The position numbers and the translations under genes are program-made. From assembly GCA_022561975.1 (NCBI GenBank), contig JADFQD010000004.1, positions 1-58,451 of the forward strand: a stretch of 58,451 nucleotides of DNA. The letters run 5' to 3'. The notes beneath the pieces were generated by a model. That model had not been told where the DNA came from and searched no databases. It saw only the letters and a list, made by a program, of their open reading frames with translations. Each line of letters starts with the position of its first letter. Position 1 is the first letter of the stretch. This document shows, piece after piece, positions 8,776 to 16,686 of this stretch. The DNA comes from Acidobacteriota bacterium (lineage in GTDB: Bacteria > Acidobacteriota > Thermoanaerobaculia > Multivoradales > JAHEKO01).

Positions 8776-9815
8776 TCGATGTCCTCTAGGTCGGAGGGGC
8801 GGCCGGGGGCTCTGTCGGAGACTCTGATGGATCGAAGAGGAGACGCGATGAGGTGCAAGACGAGGGCGAGCGCGGCCAGCGCCAGTGGCCATTGAAAGCG
8901 CTCGGCGCGAATGTCGAGAGTCTGGTTCTCGAAGGTGCGCCGTTCCATTGCCGAAATCGCTCGAATGATCTCGGCCGGATCGACGCCGGGGCTCGAGACC
9001 GGCAGGTAAATGCCACCGGTGTCGGCGGCAAGCCGCTCGAGGACTGCCTCGTTGACCTTGGAGACCACGACGCGACCGTCCTGGTCTCGCTTGAAACGCT
9101 GCTTTTCCTCGAGCAGAGGGATCGGGCTCCCTCGAGTGGTGCCGACCCCGAGGGTGTGCACGACGACGCCTGCGTCCGCGAGTGAGCGAAGTGACTGCTC
9201 CCAGCCGCTGCCGTGGTCCTCACCGTCTGAAATCAGGATCAGCGCTCGATGCTTCTCGCCATCCGGAGGGTAAAGTTTGAGTGCCTCCTCGAGCGCCGAG
9301 CCAAGATGAGTGCCGGGTCGAGGCAAGCTGCCCGGGCCGATTGTGTCGAGCAGCAGGTCGAGTATGGCGATGTCTACCGTAAGCGGCGCCAGAACCAGGC
9401 CTTCACCTTCCGCCTGTACCAAAGCCACCCGGTGGCCTGGAAGTGCGGCGGCCAGGCGCCGCACCAGGGTCTTGGCTATGTCCAGCCGAGATGGGGCAAC
9501 GTCTCGAGCCGCCATCGACAGTGAGGAGTCGAGAACGAAAACAACGTCGACTCCCTGGCGTTCGACGGTCTGTTCGCTGGTACCCCAGCGCGGTCGCGCC
9601 AGGGCCAGAGCGATGCCGAGGACCGCTATCGACAGGCACAGCAGTGAAGTCCACAGGTGCTTTCTACGGAAACCGACGCCCAGGCTTTCCCATACGCCGG
9701 CTTTCGCCCAGGCGTTCAGATTGCGCAGATAGTCCTGCCAGAAGAGCGCCGCCAGCAGAAGCGTGATCGGCGCCGCCAGAGCCAGCCACAGTGCCTTGGG
9801 CGCGGCGAAGATCAT
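8772..9815 (-). CDS. batB: BatB-like VWA domain protein
   Basis: LARPRWG, DSSLSM (MIDAS), ISDGEDH and LGVGT..G.PIP motifs. Start placed at ATG 9815 (ATGA overlap). Confidence 0.88.
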   Translation of the reverse strand: MIFAAPKALWLALAAPITLLLAALFWQDYLRNLNAWAKAGVWESLGVGFRRKHLWTSLLCLSIAVLGIALALARPRWGTSEQTVERQGVDVVFVLDSSLSMAARDVAPSRLDIAKTLVRRLAAALPGHRVALVQAEGEGLVLAPLTVDIAILDLLLDTIGPGSLPRPGTHLGSALEEALKLYPPDGEKHRALILISDGEDHGSGWEQSLRSLADAGVVVHTLGVGTTRGSPIPLLEEKQRFKRDQDGRVVVSKVNEAVLERLAADTGGIYLPVSSPGVDPAEIIRAISAMERRTFENQTLDIRAERFQWPLALAALALVLHLIASPLRSIRVSDRAPGRPSDLEDIE

Positions 9816-10807
9816 GGTTCGAGAGTACCCCTGGTAAGCCGAATGACGAGTGGCAGGCACAGTAGCGCCAAGGCGGATTGAGCCCATGGTTCGAAGACTT
9901 CATCGTAACGGGTGTATTTCTTGATTTGCAGTGGGGTGGTTTCGAGCCGATCGATTTCAGCGAAAACGTCGCGCAGGCCCTGGGGGTTCGTGGCTTTGAA
10001 GAATCGCCCCGAAGTCTTTTCGGCGATTCTCCGAAGCAGTTGCTCGTCTACTTCGACGTTCATGAGCGCTCGGCGAATCTCCTCGCGTCCGGTGACTGGA
10101 TTGCGAAACGGCATCGGCACCGGTACCCGGCCATCGGTCCCGACGCCGATCGTGTAGACCCGAAGCCCAAGGCCTTTGCAGATGGCCGCCGCCGACATCG
10201 GATCGACCGCACCGGCATTGTTGACCCCGTCGGTAACCAGCACGATGATCCGCGACTCGGCTTCGCTGTCCTTCAAGCGCGAGGCGGCGTTGGCCAACGC
10301 GACCCCGATGGCGGTGCCGTCCGGCAGCGAGTTGAGTTCCACCGAGTCGATCAAGAAGCGGAGCATTTCGCGATCGCCGGTCAGCGGCGCGCGAGTCAAT
10401 GCTGTGCCGGAGAAGACGACCAGCCCCATTCGATCGGCCGGCCGGCCCTGAATGAAGTCGTTGATAACCGACTTGGCGACCGCAAGGCGGTTCTCGGGTC
10501 GGAAGTCTTCGGCGCCCATGCTGCCGGAGATGTCGAGTACGATTTCGATGTCGATGCCCTCGGTAAGGCTCTCTTCCCAGGCATAGCCGAGTTGTGGCCG
10601 GGCGAGTGCGATGAAGACGAGTCCCAGTGCCACCAGGCGCAGATAGAACGGTAGGTGCAATCTCCAGGCGCCCGTTGGCGGTACCGGTAGCCGGCTCACG
10701 GCGAGGGCTCCGATCCCGGAGCCGCGGTGTCGCCACAGGGCCAGGGCCGGCAGCAGCAGCAAGCCGGTCAGCCAGGCGGGGTGGGCCAGATGCGGAAAGA
10801 CGGTCAA
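9812..10807 (-). CDS. batA: BatA-like VWA domain protein
   Basis: LARPQ, DISGSM.AEDF.P.NRL, DGTAIG, TDGVNNAG and YTIGVGT motifs. Start placed at TTG 10807 (TTGA overlap). Confidence 0.9.
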   Translation of the reverse strand: MTVFPHLAHPAWLTGLLLLPALALWRHRGSGIGALAVSRLPVPPTGAWRLHLPFYLRLVALGLVFIALARPQLGYAWEESLTEGIDIEIVLDISGSMGAEDFRPENRLAVAKSVINDFIQGRPADRMGLVVFSGTALTRAPLTGDREMLRFLIDSVELNSLPDGTAIGVALANAASRLKDSEAESRIIVLVTDGVNNAGAVDPMSAAAICKGLGLRVYTIGVGTDGRVPVPMPFRNPVTGREEIRRALMNVEVDEQLLRRIAEKTSGRFFKATNPQGLRDVFAEIDRLETTPLQIKKYTRYDEVFEPWAQSALALLCLPLVIRLTRGTLEP

Positions 10808-11796
10808 GCCGCCTCCTCTCCTTCCTTGCCTGGCTTCGAAACTTCTTCTGGTCGAAGGAAGTTGCGGACCTCGGTTGCGGTGACGCGCGTTTGCTCGAGA
10901 CATTCCAGGACCCGGCCCGGCGCGGGTATTCTCTTGGCGAACTTGACGGCATCTGCTTCGACCAGCAGCCGAACGACATCGCCACAGACACTCGACGGAA
11001 GTCCCGAGCGCAGCAGCCGGCGCCGTAACTCGGTGGTCGTACTCTCCGCTGCCGGGAAGGCGAGCGAGCGTCCCAGGTATCTGCGCAATTCGAGGCTCAA
11101 TCCGGTAAACACCGTCTCGGCGTCCCTAGCCGTCGCCAGTTGGTCGAGGGCCGACTTCAAGGCATCCCATGGATCGATAGGTTTTCCGGCATAGGCGGCG
11201 TCGGCGGCATCGGCTCGGCGGCGCATCAGAAGGAGTGCCGATAGACCGACTGCCAGAGCGGCCAGCAGACCCGCCGTCCACCAGAAGCGGCTTCCGACTG
11301 GCAGCGATCTTGGCGGCGCCGGTGGCTTGGGCTCGAGCGGTTGGTCGCCAACCGGCAGGACCGAACCGACCTCGAAGGTCGCCGGCTCGGTGAGATACTC
11401 GATCGCAGTCTCGCCACCGCCCAGGGTTACGGCCTCTGGAGGCAAGGTGACGCTACCGGGACGAAACGACGTCAGCAGGAGGGTTTGTGAGTAGCGGGCG
11501 CGAAGGCCCGAGACGGCGTCGCTATCTCCATCGCCGGCGCTTCGGGTCACCTTGCCGATATCTCGTATCTCGGCGCTCCCCCAGTGACTCTGCCAGTTCG
11601 GGAATGTCGGGAATTGGGGCTCGCCGGCGCCGGCGTCGAGTTCGATCGTGAGCACGGCCTCGACCAGATCGCCGACTTTAATTTCTCGCGGAGACAGGGT
11701 GAGGGTCAGCGTCGGGAGCTCGCCGGCTGCGCTGGCCGCGAACCCTCCGAGGATCATTGCCACTCCGGCGGCAGACAGGGTCAAGACTCGGCTCAT
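10804..11796 (-). CDS. Bat-operon membrane protein (Ig-like ectodomain, TM, ELRRYL/TTTEL/ADAVKFAK tail)
   Basis: Position between DUF58 and batA, plus the LR.YL..., TT.E and AD.VKFAK motifs typical of this operon slot. Confidence 0.75.
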   Translation of the reverse strand: MSRVLTLSAAGVAMILGGFAASAAGELPTLTLTLSPREIKVGDLVEAVLTIELDAGAGEPQFPTFPNWQSHWGSAEIRDIGKVTRSAGDGDSDAVSGLRARYSQTLLLTSFRPGSVTLPPEAVTLGGGETAIEYLTEPATFEVGSVLPVGDQPLEPKPPAPPRSLPVGSRFWWTAGLLAALAVGLSALLLMRRRADAADAAYAGKPIDPWDALKSALDQLATARDAETVFTGLSLELRRYLGRSLAFPAAESTTTELRRRLLRSGLPSSVCGDVVRLLVEADAVKFAKRIPAPGRVLECLEQTRVTATEVRNFLRPEEVSKPGKEGEEAA

Positions 11797-12731
11797 CTCG
11801 ACAGCCGCTTGCGACGTTTCTCGAAGAACGACACCAGCTCGGGCAGATAGGGTCGGTCCGTGGAGATATGGATCAGGTCCGCGCCGACTTGCCGGGTGAG
11901 TTCGTGCAGCTGTTTGCGCTCGACGCCGCGGCGGCGGAGGAACTCGGCTTCGAGCTTGCGGCCATTGATCAATCCGATGCGTCCGGTTTCGGCGTCGCGC
12001 AAGGGCACGGTTGCCACCGGCGGCAGTGTCAGGTCGCGCGGATCGGTGATTTCGATCACCACCAGATCGTGGCGACTGCCGGCCCGTTTGATCGCGTTGG
12101 CGAAGGGTGTTTCTTGAAAGTCGGAAATCAAAAACAGCACCGAACGTTGCTTGAGGTTGCGCAGTGTCTGCGTAACCGCTCGATCGAGATCGGTGAGACC
12201 ACCGCCGGTTCGGGCCAGGATCTCGCGCACCATACGCAGCACGTGGCTCTTCCGCCGGCGGGGCTGGAGAAATAACTCGAGTCGATCCGACACCAGGGCG
12301 GCGCCGACCCGGTCGCGATTGCGCAGCGCGGCGAAACTCAGAAGCGCGCCGATCTCGGCTGCCAGCTCACGCTTGAGCGTCGAGCGCGAGCCGAAGTTCA
12401 AGCTGCCTGAGACATCGACGATGATGAAGACGGTCAGGTCTCGCTCCTCGACGAATTGCTTGACGAACGGAGCACCCATTCGTGCCGTGACGTTCCAATC
12501 GATCGAGCGGATGTCGTCGCCCGGCTGGTAGGGTCTGACCTCGGAGAACTCGACGCCCCGGCCCTTGAATACCGAGTGATAGCCACCCGCTATTCCCTCG
12601 TCGACGAGTTTCTTGGTCGAGATCTCGATGCGCCGCACCTTGCGCATCAACTCCGCTGGCACCGCCGGTCGCGACGGCGCCGGAGCCGTCTGAGAACGGC
12701 CCGCCTTCTTCTTGCGCGCGAATCCGAGCAC
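11793..12731 (-). CDS. DUF58 domain protein (MoxR-associated)
   Basis: FKGRGVEFSEVRPYQPGDDIRSIDWNVTAR, DVSGS and ISDF motifs. Confidence 0.92.
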   Translation of the reverse strand: MLGFARKKKAGRSQTAPAPSRPAVPAELMRKVRRIEISTKKLVDEGIAGGYHSVFKGRGVEFSEVRPYQPGDDIRSIDWNVTARMGAPFVKQFVEERDLTVFIIVDVSGSLNFGSRSTLKRELAAEIGALLSFAALRNRDRVGAALVSDRLELFLQPRRRKSHVLRMVREILARTGGGLTDLDRAVTQTLRNLKQRSVLFLISDFQETPFANAIKRAGSRHDLVVIEITDPRDLTLPPVATVPLRDAETGRIGLINGRKLEAEFLRRRGVERKQLHELTRQVGADLIHISTDRPYLPELVSFFEKRRKRLSR

Positions 12732-12754
12732 GGTTTTCTCTACGACTCGCTCTT

Positions 12755-13744
12755 CTATGGAACCTCGATGCGATCCAGCAGTCGTTGTGCCAGATCGTCG
12801 CTGGTGATCTCTTCGGCTTCGGCTTCGTAGGTGGCTACGATGCGGTGGCGCAGCACGTCGACCGCGATCTCCTTGACGTCCTCCGGGATCACGAAACCGC
12901 GACCCCGTAACAGGGCCAACGCCTTGGCAGCGCGGGCCAGGAAAAGAGTCGCACGCGGCGACGCACCGAAAGAGATCAGGCTCTTCAGGTCAGGCAGGCC
13001 GGCGCTTTCCGGATCACGGGTCGCGCGCACGAGATCAAGAATGTAGTTCTTGATTTTGTGGTCGAGGTAGATCGCGTCGCAGGTAGCTCTCAGCGCGGCC
13101 AGTCGAGGGCCGTCGAGGATGGGTTTGATGTCTCCGGGCGTCTCCACCAGCATGCGGTTCAGGATGTCCATCTCTTCGTTGCGATTCGGATAGTCGAGAC
13201 GCAGCTTCATCATGAATCGGTCGACTTGTGCCTCGGCGAGGGGGTAGGTGCCTTCCTGCTCGATCGGGTTCTGGGTGGCGAGCACCATGAACGGCTCCTC
13301 GAGCGGGTAGGTGGTCTCGCCCAGGGTTACCTGACGCTCCTCCATGCTCTCGAGAAGGGCGGACTGGACCTTGGCGGGAGCGCGATTGATTTCGTCGGCG
13401 AGTAGGAGATTGGTGAAAAGCGGTCCTTTGCGCGGCAGAAACTCGCCGTGGCGCTGGTCGTAGATGAGTGTGCCAAGAAGATCGGCGGGTAGCAGATCCG
13501 GCGTGAACTGGATCCGGCGAAACTCGATGTCGAGGGTTTGGGCCAGAGTCTTCACGGCCAGTGTCTTGGCGAGACCTGGCACGCCCTCGATCAGAATGTG
13601 CCCGCGGGCCAGAAGTCCGACCAGAAGGCGGTCGAGCAGATAGTCCTGCCCGACAATGACCTTGCGGAGTTCTGTCTCGACCTCCCTGAGCGTGAGTGTC
13701 TCCCTCTCGACTTGTTCGCTCAGACTGGAAAGATCAGGTTGCAT
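12755..13744 (-). CDS. moxR: MoxR family AAA+ ATPase
   Basis: EGVPGLAKT, RIQFTPDLLPAD, DEINRAPAKVQSALLE, ATQNPIEQEGTYPL and GASPR motifs. Start at ATG 13744 with AAGGAG upstream. Confidence 0.95.
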   Translation of the reverse strand: MQPDLSSLSEQVERETLTLREVETELRKVIVGQDYLLDRLLVGLLARGHILIEGVPGLAKTLAVKTLAQTLDIEFRRIQFTPDLLPADLLGTLIYDQRHGEFLPRKGPLFTNLLLADEINRAPAKVQSALLESMEERQVTLGETTYPLEEPFMVLATQNPIEQEGTYPLAEAQVDRFMMKLRLDYPNRNEEMDILNRMLVETPGDIKPILDGPRLAALRATCDAIYLDHKIKNYILDLVRATRDPESAGLPDLKSLISFGASPRATLFLARAAKALALLRGRGFVIPEDVKEIAVDVLRHRIVATYEAEAEEITSDDLAQRLLDRIEVP

Positions 13745-13774
13745 CGCCTTTTTCTCCTTGAGAGTGACTGAAAG

Positions 13775-13790
13775 TGCAAGCGAAGTGCCA
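13775..13790 (-). promoter_or_regulatory. Sigma54 (-24/-12) promoter for the moxR-bat operon
   Basis: Minus strand reads TGGCACTTCGCTTGCA, an exact TGGCAC-N5-TTGCA, about 30 nt before the start codon. Confidence 0.8.
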
Positions 13791-13896
13791 GAAAACGAGG
13801 CGAGAAAGGCCGGGGAGTCGGGTGGGCGGCGGTCGCCAGCGGCCTGGGCGCGCGCCGAAGTGGCGCTATTCTGACATTTTCTTCCCGATCTCGAGT

Positions 13897-13960
13897 TAGC
13901 AGCCCGTGGTAGAAGTCCTGTGGGTCGCGCGACCCGCAGGACTTCTACCACGGGCTGCTA
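13897..13960. repeat. 64-bp near-perfect palindrome (MITE/IS-end-like) between divergent moxR and rsmA
   Basis: tagcagcccgtggtagaagtcctgtgggtcgc|gcgacccgcaggacttctaccacgggctgcta: 31/32 positions pair. Confidence 0.85.
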
Positions 13961-13974
13961 GGGTTCGAGGAGTG

Positions 13975-14787
13975 ATGTCCGATCCTCGTCTCAAGAAGCG
14001 CTTCGGTCAGCACCACCTGACTCGACCGGAACTGTGCCGGCCCCTGCTGCGCTTTCTTCGGCCCGACGGACGGCCGGTGGTCGAGGTCGGTCCGGGGGGC
14101 GGGATCTTGACCAAACTTCTGTTGCAAGAGGGCGGCAAGGTCCTGGCTCTCGAGCTCGACCCGGAATGGGCGTTCGCGCTGGGCGATTGCGTGGAAGAAG
14201 GCGGCCTGGCTCTCGCGGTCGCGGACGCAATGCAGGTCTGTTGGAGGAGGGTGCCGACCGGCGCGCTGGTCGCCGGGAATCTGCCCTACGAAATTGCCAG
14301 CGCTCTGATCCGCAGATTGCTTCCATTGCATGGACGGATTGCGCGTTTGGGATTTCTGGTTCAGCGAGAGGTCGCCGAGCGCTTCGTTGCGAGACCCGGC
14401 AGCAAGTCCTATGGGTTGCTTTCCGTGCTCGCCGCGGCTTGGAGCGATGTCGAACTCCTCGGCACCGTGGCGCGTGGCAGCTTCCGACCGCTGCCCAAAG
14501 TGCAGGGCGCCTTTATCGGTTTCCGGCTGAAGCCTCCGCCGATTCCAGAAGCCGAGATGCCGGCTTTCGTCGAGACTGTCGAGCTGGCTTTCTCGCAAAG
14601 GCGCAAGACGTTACGTAACGCTCTGGCTTCCAGGTGGGGGAGAGAAAGAGCCGAGGAGGTTCTCGCGGCCGTAGGCGTGGACAAGCTCACGCGCGCCGAA
14701 CAGATACCGCTCGAGACGTTGCTTCGGATCGAAGGCGCCCGAAGGTCGGCCGAAAGATCGGCCCGAAAATGGGATGACGGCGAGTGA
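13975..14787 (+). CDS. rsmA: 16S rRNA (adenine1518/1519-N6)-dimethyltransferase
   Basis: KKRFGQHHL, EVGPGGG, GNLPYEI, VQREVAER, YGLLSV, F.P.PKV and FSQRRKTLRN motifs. Start placed at ATG 13975 after GAGGAG. Confidence 0.92.
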   Translation: MSDPRLKKRFGQHHLTRPELCRPLLRFLRPDGRPVVEVGPGGGILTKLLLQEGGKVLALELDPEWAFALGDCVEEGGLALAVADAMQVCWRRVPTGALVAGNLPYEIASALIRRLLPLHGRIARLGFLVQREVAERFVARPGSKSYGLLSVLAAAWSDVELLGTVARGSFRPLPKVQGAFIGFRLKPPPIPEAEMPAFVETVELAFSQRRKTLRNALASRWGRERAEEVLAAVGVDKLTRAEQIPLETLLRIEGARRSAERSARKWDDGE

Positions 14788-16634
14788 AACGACCGCTAGC
14801 GCTACTGGCCGTGTGTTTCCTCGCCGTCAGCTGCGAATCCCCCAAAGAGGAGGCGACCGTGGTTCGGCTGCTCGACCTGGCGACATCGGCTCAGTCGAAA
14901 TGGCCGCCAAAACGGCAACGGTTCCTGCCGGAACAGCTCAGAAGTCTGCGAGGTTACCGAGGGCTTCGCAAGAAGAAGCTGGCCCGCGTCGCCATGTTTC
15001 CGAAGAGTGGCGGCGATAGCCGGAGAGCCCTGTTGGCTCCAACCGGCACCAGCCACAGGTTCCGGCTGCGGCTGCCGGCGGACGCGATAATGCGTGTGGG
15101 TCTGGGCTACTTGCCCTCGGCGGAGGCCGAGGGGGTCCGAGTACGCTTTGTCGTGCGCATCGCGGGCCTTGGCGCGGAAGCGGTGGAGGAGGTGGACGAT
15201 CTCGTGGTTACGACCCGGGTCGATGGCGGTTGGAGAGATGTCGAGTTCGACCTGTCGAATTGGTCGGGCCAGGAAGTCGAACTCAGCTTGGTGACGATCG
15301 GAGCCGAATCCGACCCGCTGGTCTGGGCCGCGTGGTCCGCGCCCGAGATCGTAAGCCGTGAGGGCTCGCAGGCCGGCCCCGACGTGATCCTGATCATCCT
15401 CGATACGCTCCGAGCCGATCGGCTGGGCTGTTATGGCTATCCCCTCAATACCAGCCCCAACCTGGACAAGCTGGCGTCGAGCGGCATCCGGTTCGCGCGT
15501 GCCATTAGCCAGGCGCCGTGGACCTATCCGTCCCATCGCGCGCTCTTCAGCGGCCTCTATCCTACGGCGCGCTCGCTCAAGGGTTCTCCCAAGCTGGCGC
15601 AGGTGCTTCTCGAGGCAGGCTTCCGCACGGAAGCTCTCACCGGCGGGGGACAGATGGACTTCCGGATGGGTTTCTCACAGGGTTTCGAGGGCTACCGCGT
15701 GTTCGATTGGATTCGCAACCTGACCTGGCTCGAGGAATGGCTCGGGCGCTCGAGCGGGCGGAGGCGTTTTCTCTTTCTGCACACCTATGAAATTCACGAC
15801 CCCTACATCCACACCGAGTTCACCGAAGGCCGAGAGGGCGGACGGATTCAGGGCCGTTTCGGCAAGCGCAAGTGGTGGGGTCTGCGTCCACCTCCTACGC
15901 GGGAGGAGAAGGACTACATCGGGAGTCTCTATGACGGCGGCATCGCCTATACCGATGCACAGCTCGGAGCTGTTTTCGGTCTTCTCGACAAGTCCGGCGC
16001 GCTCGAACGCTCGATCGTCATCGTGACCAGCGACCATGGCGAGCAGTTCTGGGAGCATGGTTCCTGGCGTCACGGCATGAATCTTTACGATCATCAGCTC
16101 TTGGTGCCGTTGATCATTCACCTACCGGATAGCCTCAAGAAATCTCTGGCGAGCATCAAAGACTTGAGCGGTAGGGTCTTCGATCGGCAGGTCCGTCTGG
16201 TCGACCTTTTTCCGACAATCCTCGATCTCTTGGGGATACCCGTGGAGCACAGGATCAACGGCAGGTCGCTGAAGCCGCTTCTTCAAGGAGATGAACTCGC
16301 ACCAATAGACGCGTTCGCCGAGAGGCTCAATGTCGAGCATCGCGAGAGCAAGGCGCTGCGTACCGAGCGCTTCAAGTTGATCTACTCGTTTCCCAAGGCC
16401 AAGGGCCGGAAACAGGGCTTGCAGGAAAACTGGGAGCTCTTCGATCTCGTCCGGGATCCAGGCGAGCAAATCAACCTGGCCGATCGCCATCCCGAGAAGG
16501 TCGCCGAACTGGACGCGAGGTTGCGGACCCTGCTGGATCAGCTTGCCGATCCGCGGGATCTCGACGAAGGCGACCAGGAGTTGGACCCGGATCTCGAAGA
16601 GAGACTCCTGGCGTTGGGATACCTGGGCGACTAG
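14784..16634 (+). CDS. Sulfatase-like hydrolase/transferase lipoprotein (alkaline phosphatase superfamily) with an N-terminal beta domain
   Basis: Lipobox-like LAVSC; DTLRADRLG, APWTYPSH, YEIHDPY, SDHGE..EHG, D..DPGE and C-terminal LALGYL. Confidence 0.85.
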   Translation: MKRPLALLAVCFLAVSCESPKEEATVVRLLDLATSAQSKWPPKRQRFLPEQLRSLRGYRGLRKKKLARVAMFPKSGGDSRRALLAPTGTSHRFRLRLPADAIMRVGLGYLPSAEAEGVRVRFVVRIAGLGAEAVEEVDDLVVTTRVDGGWRDVEFDLSNWSGQEVELSLVTIGAESDPLVWAAWSAPEIVSREGSQAGPDVILIILDTLRADRLGCYGYPLNTSPNLDKLASSGIRFARAISQAPWTYPSHRALFSGLYPTARSLKGSPKLAQVLLEAGFRTEALTGGGQMDFRMGFSQGFEGYRVFDWIRNLTWLEEWLGRSSGRRRFLFLHTYEIHDPYIHTEFTEGREGGRIQGRFGKRKWWGLRPPPTREEKDYIGSLYDGGIAYTDAQLGAVFGLLDKSGALERSIVIVTSDHGEQFWEHGSWRHGMNLYDHQLLVPLIIHLPDSLKKSLASIKDLSGRVFDRQVRLVDLFPTILDLLGIPVEHRINGRSLKPLLQGDELAPIDAFAERLNVEHRESKALRTERFKLIYSFPKAKGRKQGLQENWELFDLVRDPGEQINLADRHPEKVAELDARLRTLLDQLADPRDLDEGDQELDPDLEERLLALGYLGD

Positions 16635-16686
16635 TTCGATGTAAACACCCTCCATAGTTGAGGAATTCAGCATCGACTCTGCTAGA

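Noticed and set aside
13906-13951. Shared N-terminal peptide on the moxR and rsmA ORFs suggesting a duplicated domain
   Set aside because: Artefact of reading the 64-bp palindrome on both strands; real starts are at 13744 and 13975.
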